A DNA stretch of 64,000 nt, from positions 1 through 64,000 of the forward strand of contig JBFWNL010000002.1 in assembly GCA_050251055.1 (NCBI GenBank). Direction: 5' to 3'. A model generated the notes under the pieces. It searched no databases, was not told the DNA's origin, and worked only from the letters and a program-made list of their open reading frames with translations. The stretch comes from Bacteriovoracia bacterium. Lineage in GTDB: Bacteria > Bdellovibrionota > UBA1018 > JBFWNL01. Shown here piece by piece: positions 59,298 to 64,000 of this stretch (the first letter of the stretch is position 1; every line of letters starts with the position of its first letter). The translations under genes were made by a program, and so were the position numbers.

Positions 59298-60425
59298 CTA
59301 TGAATTGTAAATTTTGTGCGGGCTATGCTCGCCCACCCACTGGCGTAGCTCGCATTCCGCGCGTCCGTCTCGGATGTGCACGAGCGCAAACGTACGGCGA
59401 TATTGCTGGCCCAAGCCGCGCCAATCGAGATCGATCATCTTCGTCCACGTACCCGTATTGATGTACTGCTTGCCGTCCGGATAAATTTTATCCATCGGCC
59501 GGTGGGTGTGCCCCATGATGAGCGTCTTGAGATTCTTTTGGTCGTCGAGGATCTTGCGGGCCGCGCGCTCGAGGTCTTGGAAAAAAGTCGCCTCGTCGCG
59601 CACGACCTCGAAAAAACGACGCACGCTGAACCGCCGGAGCTCGTGCCAGGAGAATCGCGTCTTCAGGAAATAAAGCGTGGAAAGAAACGTGAACCGCAGC
59701 GTGAACCACGTATCGAACAGCAGTCCCACGACGACGAATACTTTGATGGGCCGGATCTTGTCGAGGTATTCGCGCTCCCACTTCATGCGATTGATGATCT
59801 TGAGCACGTAGATGCTACCCCAGGGGAGGTTCAGTAGCTTCTCCCCGCGCGGGGAAATGACGAAGGGATTTTCGAAATCGATTTCGTTGCCCGCCTCGAG
59901 CTGGTTGCCGTGGCGGATCTCGACGCCTTCGGGATAAGTGAGGCGATCGGTGTCGGCCACTACCCGCACCTTCTCGCTGGGGTACTGGCCCTCCGGATCC
60001 CATTCGCGCACGATGCGCTCGCGCACCTTCTCGAAGCAGAGATCGGCGTCATGGTTTCCGATCAGATAGGTGATCCGCTTGTTAGGCTTGGCCGCGAACC
60101 GGCGTAGGCTTGCCATTACCTTGGGATGCCCTTTAATGATGGCATCCACCTTATAAAGGGCGATTTCTTCGCTCACCGCGTCCTCGAATTCGCCATGATA
60201 AGGGACATTCAGGAAGTCGAAGTAATCGCCGTCAATGACCAGCTCGACGTCCACGGGGCCGTTGGGGCCGACGCCGTAATCCCCCGTCGAGAAAAACTCG
60301 AAAAGATCGCACATGTCATCGTCGAAATAGAAGTCTTCGTGGGGATTGAGGTGACCTTCGAAGAAGCGCCCCGCCGAGAGATGGCAATCGCTGATGACGA
60401 ATTTGACCTTGTCTGCGGTTTTCAT
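59298..60425 (-). CDS. Calcineurin-like metallophosphoesterase
   Basis: 'SDCH', 'GD.FD', 'GNHD', 'HGN', 'GHTH', 'NTGTW'. Confidence 0.88.
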   Translation of the reverse strand: MKTADKVKFVISDCHLSAGRFFEGHLNPHEDFYFDDDMCDLFEFFSTGDYGVGPNGPVDVELVIDGDYFDFLNVPYHGEFEDAVSEEIALYKVDAIIKGHPKVMASLRRFAAKPNKRITYLIGNHDADLCFEKVRERIVREWDPEGQYPSEKVRVVADTDRLTYPEGVEIRHGNQLEAGNEIDFENPFVISPRGEKLLNLPWGSIYVLKIINRMKWEREYLDKIRPIKVFVVVGLLFDTWFTLRFTFLSTLYFLKTRFSWHELRRFSVRRFFEVVRDEATFFQDLERAARKILDDQKNLKTLIMGHTHRPMDKIYPDGKQYINTGTWTKMIDLDWRGLGQQYRRTFALVHIRDGRAECELRQWVGEHSPHKIYNS

Positions 60426-60453
60426 AGCCCCCGAATTGCCTTAAGATAAACCC

Positions 60454-61785
60454 ATGCTTCCCGTTCGGATTCCCGTCGCATCGCTCGTACCGATCACCCT
60501 GCTCGCCCTAGCCTGGGGACACCTTTCGACCCATCCCGCGGCCGCGGCCAGCCCGACGGCCATCCGTTTTTTTGTCTCCACCAACGCCTACGGCATGACT
60601 TACGACCGTGAGCTCGACGGGATCATTCAAGAATATAATAACCTACGACCGGAAACCAGGGTTGAGCTGGTGAGAAAGGGTACCGAGTTTTCCTCCGCCA
60701 AAGAATTGATTGCAGAAGCCTATACGGGCGCGGCTCCGGACTTAGCCCTGATCGAGCCGGCCGAAACGGCCGCCCTTTCCGCGGCCAAGCTCGCCGCGGG
60801 CGCGCCGGATTCCCCTACCGGGAGCCCCGCCGAACGGCCGAATAGCGCGAAGTTTTTCTCTCAGCTAAGCAGGCTCGTGGGGAAAGGGGAACCCCAGCTG
60901 CATCTCCCACATACCTGGATCACTCTCCCCTTCTTCCGCACCTACGCCGTACTAGTGGCCAATCAGGAACTCCTCTTCCGCCATTACTTCGATCCGCATA
61001 AACTGCCCGCGCGCCCCGAAGATCTGGAGCGAGCCGGCCAGTCGCTCGGAAATGCCCTGCCCGCGAACGACTCATCTTTCGCCTTGGCGATTCCATTCAA
61101 GGGACCGCGCGCACTTTGGTTTTTCGAGGCCTACGCGGGATTGCCCCTGTGGACCCGCACCGACGGCGGACTCCGCGCCAACCGCGAACTGATGCCGGCG
61201 CTCATGCGGCTGCGCAAACTCGCAGAGAGCAAACACGCGCTCAACGCCCGGCTGGACCTGGAACAAACACTCGACGCCTTCATCGGTAAACGCGCCGTGA
61301 TGGCCGTCCTTTCGACCGATCTACTGCCTTATCTCGCCTCGCGCGCTGACTTCCGTTGGACGGCCGTGCCGCTTCCCACGCCTAAGGCACGCGTGGCAAG
61401 CGGTTCGGATCTCGTCGTGCTGCGGGCGTCTCCCGCCATCGCGAATTTCCTTACCTATCTTTACTCGCCGAGGATCGCGGCTCGGCTGGCGGCGGCGGGA
61501 GGAGTCCTCCCGGCGAGCGGGGGTTGGTCGCAAACCCCGGAGTGGGCCAACGCCGTCGGGGCGCTTCCCCGGCGTGCCGAAGCCTGGCCCAAGCTCGTAA
61601 AAGCCTTTGCCGCCAAGGGTGGGGAAAAAGATCGGAGCGCCGACACCGAGGTCATCCGCGCGCGCTCTCACTGGGGCCAGATGCTCGAAGGACTGTTCGG
61701 AGCGGAAATAGCCAAGGACCCCAACTCCCTGGAAAAGGCCTTCACGGCTTGGGATGGGTTGGTCGCCCGAGGCAGCGGCCCATAG
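60454..61785 (+). CDS. Extracellular solute-binding protein (family 1-like, divergent)
   Basis: Signal peptide; 'IIQEYN..RPE..VEL', 'APDLA', 'LPF', 'N.EL'. Confidence 0.65.
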   Translation: MLPVRIPVASLVPITLLALAWGHLSTHPAAAASPTAIRFFVSTNAYGMTYDRELDGIIQEYNNLRPETRVELVRKGTEFSSAKELIAEAYTGAAPDLALIEPAETAALSAAKLAAGAPDSPTGSPAERPNSAKFFSQLSRLVGKGEPQLHLPHTWITLPFFRTYAVLVANQELLFRHYFDPHKLPARPEDLERAGQSLGNALPANDSSFALAIPFKGPRALWFFEAYAGLPLWTRTDGGLRANRELMPALMRLRKLAESKHALNARLDLEQTLDAFIGKRAVMAVLSTDLLPYLASRADFRWTAVPLPTPKARVASGSDLVVLRASPAIANFLTYLYSPRIAARLAAAGGVLPASGGWSQTPEWANAVGALPRRAEAWPKLVKAFAAKGGEKDRSADTEVIRARSHWGQMLEGLFGAEIAKDPNSLEKAFTAWDGLVARGSGP

Positions 61786-61828
61786 GGGTTGACTTTTACC
61801 CGGAGATTCCCTAAAAATCCGAGTACCT

Positions 61829-62068
61829 ATGGCAGATAAGAGCAAGAAGTGGGGCAACAACCAGGCCGGCGAGTTTTATGTCGACGACCAGTGCATCGAC
61901 TGCGATGCCTGTCGGACCGAAGCCCCCAACAACTTCACCCGTGACGACGAGCATGGGTACTCTTACGTCTACAAACAACCCGAGACCGAAGACGAAAAGC
62001 ATCAGTGCCAGGCGGCACTGGAAGCCTGCCCGGTGGAAGCCATCGGCAAAGACGGCGCCCAGTCGTAA
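61829..62068 (+). CDS. Single-cluster ferredoxin
   Basis: 'CIDCDAC...AP', 'ALEACPVEAI'. Confidence 0.92.
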   Translation: MADKSKKWGNNQAGEFYVDDQCIDCDACRTEAPNNFTRDDEHGYSYVYKQPETEDEKHQCQAALEACPVEAIGKDGAQS

Positions 62069-62183
62069 TTAACAACAAAATCATATAGTTACATAAAATA
62101 AAATTCATCTCGTTTTTTTGACTATTTTTGTCAACACATGCTATATATCTCGGCGCATCGAAACTGTGATAAAGGACAGCCGG

Positions 62184-62795
62184 ATGAAGCTTTCGAGCAT
62201 GCATAGCCTGGTCGCCCTCGTGGTGAGTTTCAGCGGAGTGGGAGTCGCGGCTGCGGCGCCGACGCCTACCGAGTCGCCTACCCTCAACAAGGCCGCGGCC
62301 CCGCTTTCGACGGGCGGCATCGCCAAGGCGCAAATCAAGCAAATCATCCGTCCCGTCGTGAACTGCAACGTGAACGTCGGCCAGGTCTATTCTTACGACA
62401 ACGGCCTGGAAGACAGCGGCCGCGTGTTTCCCCTGGATTTATCCATCCCGAAGCACCTGAAAGAAAAAACCAAGAACGTGCTGACCACGCAGCACCTGGA
62501 AAACGACGTCGCCGTGCAGGTCGAAGTCACGCTTGATCACCCCGAAATCAAGAACGTGCTGGGCAAGTCCGTGACCGATCAGCTCACCGGCATTGGCAAC
62601 ATCGTGATCCGCCGCCGCAACCCGCAAAACGACAAGTACGAAGACAAGGCGAAGATCACGAACCGTATCTCGAACGAAACCTTGCTCCACCTGGACGCCA
62701 GCGTGGGCCCGGCTACTAACGGCGAATACCGCAAGGCTACGGTAAGCTGCTACCTTTCGCCGTCCGAACGCACCGTCACCCCGTCCGACGAATAA
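62184..62795 (+). CDS. Secreted hypothetical protein
   Basis: AAGGA RBS, signal peptide MKLSSMHSLVALVVSFSGVGVAAA, 2 Cys. Confidence 0.7.
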   Translation: MKLSSMHSLVALVVSFSGVGVAAAAPTPTESPTLNKAAAPLSTGGIAKAQIKQIIRPVVNCNVNVGQVYSYDNGLEDSGRVFPLDLSIPKHLKEKTKNVLTTQHLENDVAVQVEVTLDHPEIKNVLGKSVTDQLTGIGNIVIRRRNPQNDKYEDKAKITNRISNETLLHLDASVGPATNGEYRKATVSCYLSPSERTVTPSDE

Positions 62796-62804
62796 ATTTT
62801 CCGA

Positions 62805-64000
62805 TCACAACACGGTATCGCGGTGAAAGAACTGATCGTTCGTTTCCGGATAGTCGACCATGTAATGCAGGCCCCGACTCTCCTTCCGCAAAGCCGCGCA
62901 TTGCACGATGAGTTCGGCGACCAGCAAAAGATTTCGCAGCTCGATCAAATCCTTGGTCAGAAAAAAGTCCCAGTAGTACTCGTTCACTTCGGCCTTGAGC
63001 AGCTCTAGCCGGCGCTTCGCGCGCTCCAACCGGCGATTACTGCGAACGATTCCGACGTAGTTCCACATGAGGCTGCGGATCTCGAGCCAGATGGCCGCGA
63101 TGTCGATGCGCTCCTCGATTTGGACGGCGAGCCCCGTATCCCATTGCGGGATCGGCGCGGCTACGCGCGGCTGTGAGCTCCACTTTTCCAGCATCGAGCG
63201 CGCGTGCTCGATCGCCCGGTGGGAAAACACGACGGCTTCCAGCAACGAATTGCTGGCCAGGCGGTTCGCCCCGTGCAAACCCGTGCAGGCGACCTCTCCG
63301 ATGGCGTAGAGGCCCTCGATCGTAGTCTGGGCATGCTCGTCCACCAAAACGCCGCCGCAAGTATAGTGGGTCGCAGGCACCACCGGCACCATTTCCCGCG
63401 TAAAATCGATGCCGAATTTCAGGCACATTTCGTTGATATTCGGAAACTTCAGGCGCAGCTCGTGCGGATCGAGATGAGTGCAATCAAGCACGACATGCTT
63501 GTCGCCCGAGCGCTTCATCTCGACATCGATCGCGCGCGCCACGATATCGCGGGGAGCGAGTGAGCCCATGGGATGGTGGCGCTTCATGAAATCCTCGCCG
63601 GCCACCGTGCGTAATATCGCGCCTTCACCGCGCATGGCTTCCGTGATGAGAAAATTCTTGGCCGCCGGATGGTACAGGCACGTAGGGTGGAACTGCATGA
63701 ACTCGAGGTTCGCCACGCGCGCGCCCGCGCGATAAGCCATGGCGATACCGTCGCCCGTCGCGGTATCTGGATTCGAGGTATAGAGATAGACCTTCCCCGC
63801 CCCGCCGGTCGCAAGCAACGTAATATCCGAATCCACGACGACCACCTCGCCGGTCTGGGTATTGAGCACGTACGCGCCCAGGCAGCGCCCCGGCTTGCGC
63901 CACCGTTTGAACACCTTGCCTTCGGTGATGAGATCGACGGCGATATGGTGCTCGAGCACCCGGATATTCGGGCACTCCCCCACTCGCTTCAGCAAGGTCT
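62805..64000 (-). CDS. nadB: L-aspartate oxidase (5' end outside the window)
   Basis: 'LATGGAG', 'EFMQFHPT', '[10 protein letters not shown]', 'LAPRDIVAR', 'HYTCGG', '[15 protein letters not shown]', 'RKESRGLHY'. Confidence 0.95.
   Translation of the reverse strand, partial: TLLKRVGECPNIRVLEHHIAVDLITEGKVFKRWRKPGRCLGAYVLNTQTGEVVVVDSDITLLATGGAGKVYLYTSNPDTATGDGIAMAYRAGARVANLEFMQFHPTCLYHPAAKNFLITEAMRGEGAILRTVAGEDFMKRHHPMGSLAPRDIVARAIDVEMKRSGDKHVVLDCTHLDPHELRLKFPNINEMCLKFGIDFTREMVPVVPATHYTCGGVLVDEHAQTTIEGLYAIGEVACTGLHGANRLASNSLLEAVVFSHRAIEHARSMLEKWSSQPRVAAPIPQWDTGLAVQIEERIDIAAIWLEIRSLMWNYVGIVRSNRRLERAKRRLELLKAEVNEYYWDFFLTKDLIELRNLLLVAELIVQCAALRKESRGLHYMVDYPETNDQFFHRDTVL

Noticed and set aside
60454-61785. 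Solute-binding protein with no adjacent ABC permease
   Set aside because: Orphan binding proteins are common; nothing further can be supported from the sequence.

Overview
High-GC (~60%) bacterial chromosomal segment, most likely Bdellovibrionota/Oligoflexia-like. That placement is an inference from the TIGR02147/DUF4423 protein, DUF507, the PA14 and vWA lipoproteins and many orphan secreted proteins. About 63 CDSs are present. Housekeeping content: a nucleoside-salvage cluster (deoB, pdp, punA, cdd, deaminase), rplU-rpmA-obgE, hrpB, nadD-rsfS-rlmH-gpmI-pfkA, lysC, mltD, murJ, tatA, hpt, gpsA with a PlsB-like acyltransferase, valS, a PIN-PhoH protein and partial nadB. I found no rRNA, tRNA, CRISPR array, transposase or prophage. 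Most notable observations: (1) a full-length biotin-carboxylase/BCCP homolog lacking most catalytic residues and the biotin-acceptor lysine, coupled to a PHA-system-type protein and murJ; (2) a His-less HPt-like protein translationally coupled to an intact CheY; (3) a head-to-head pair of paralogous Cys-rich lipoproteins, each with its own sigma54 promoter; (4) a candidate sigma54 regulon with a shared GTC-N9-GAC enhancer motif; (5) a Fur-boxed operon of a ferritin-like protein, a DUF6662 barrel and an FMN-binding protein; (6) candidate sRNAs and apparent widespread leaderless transcription. All family calls come from motif recognition by eye, not database searches.
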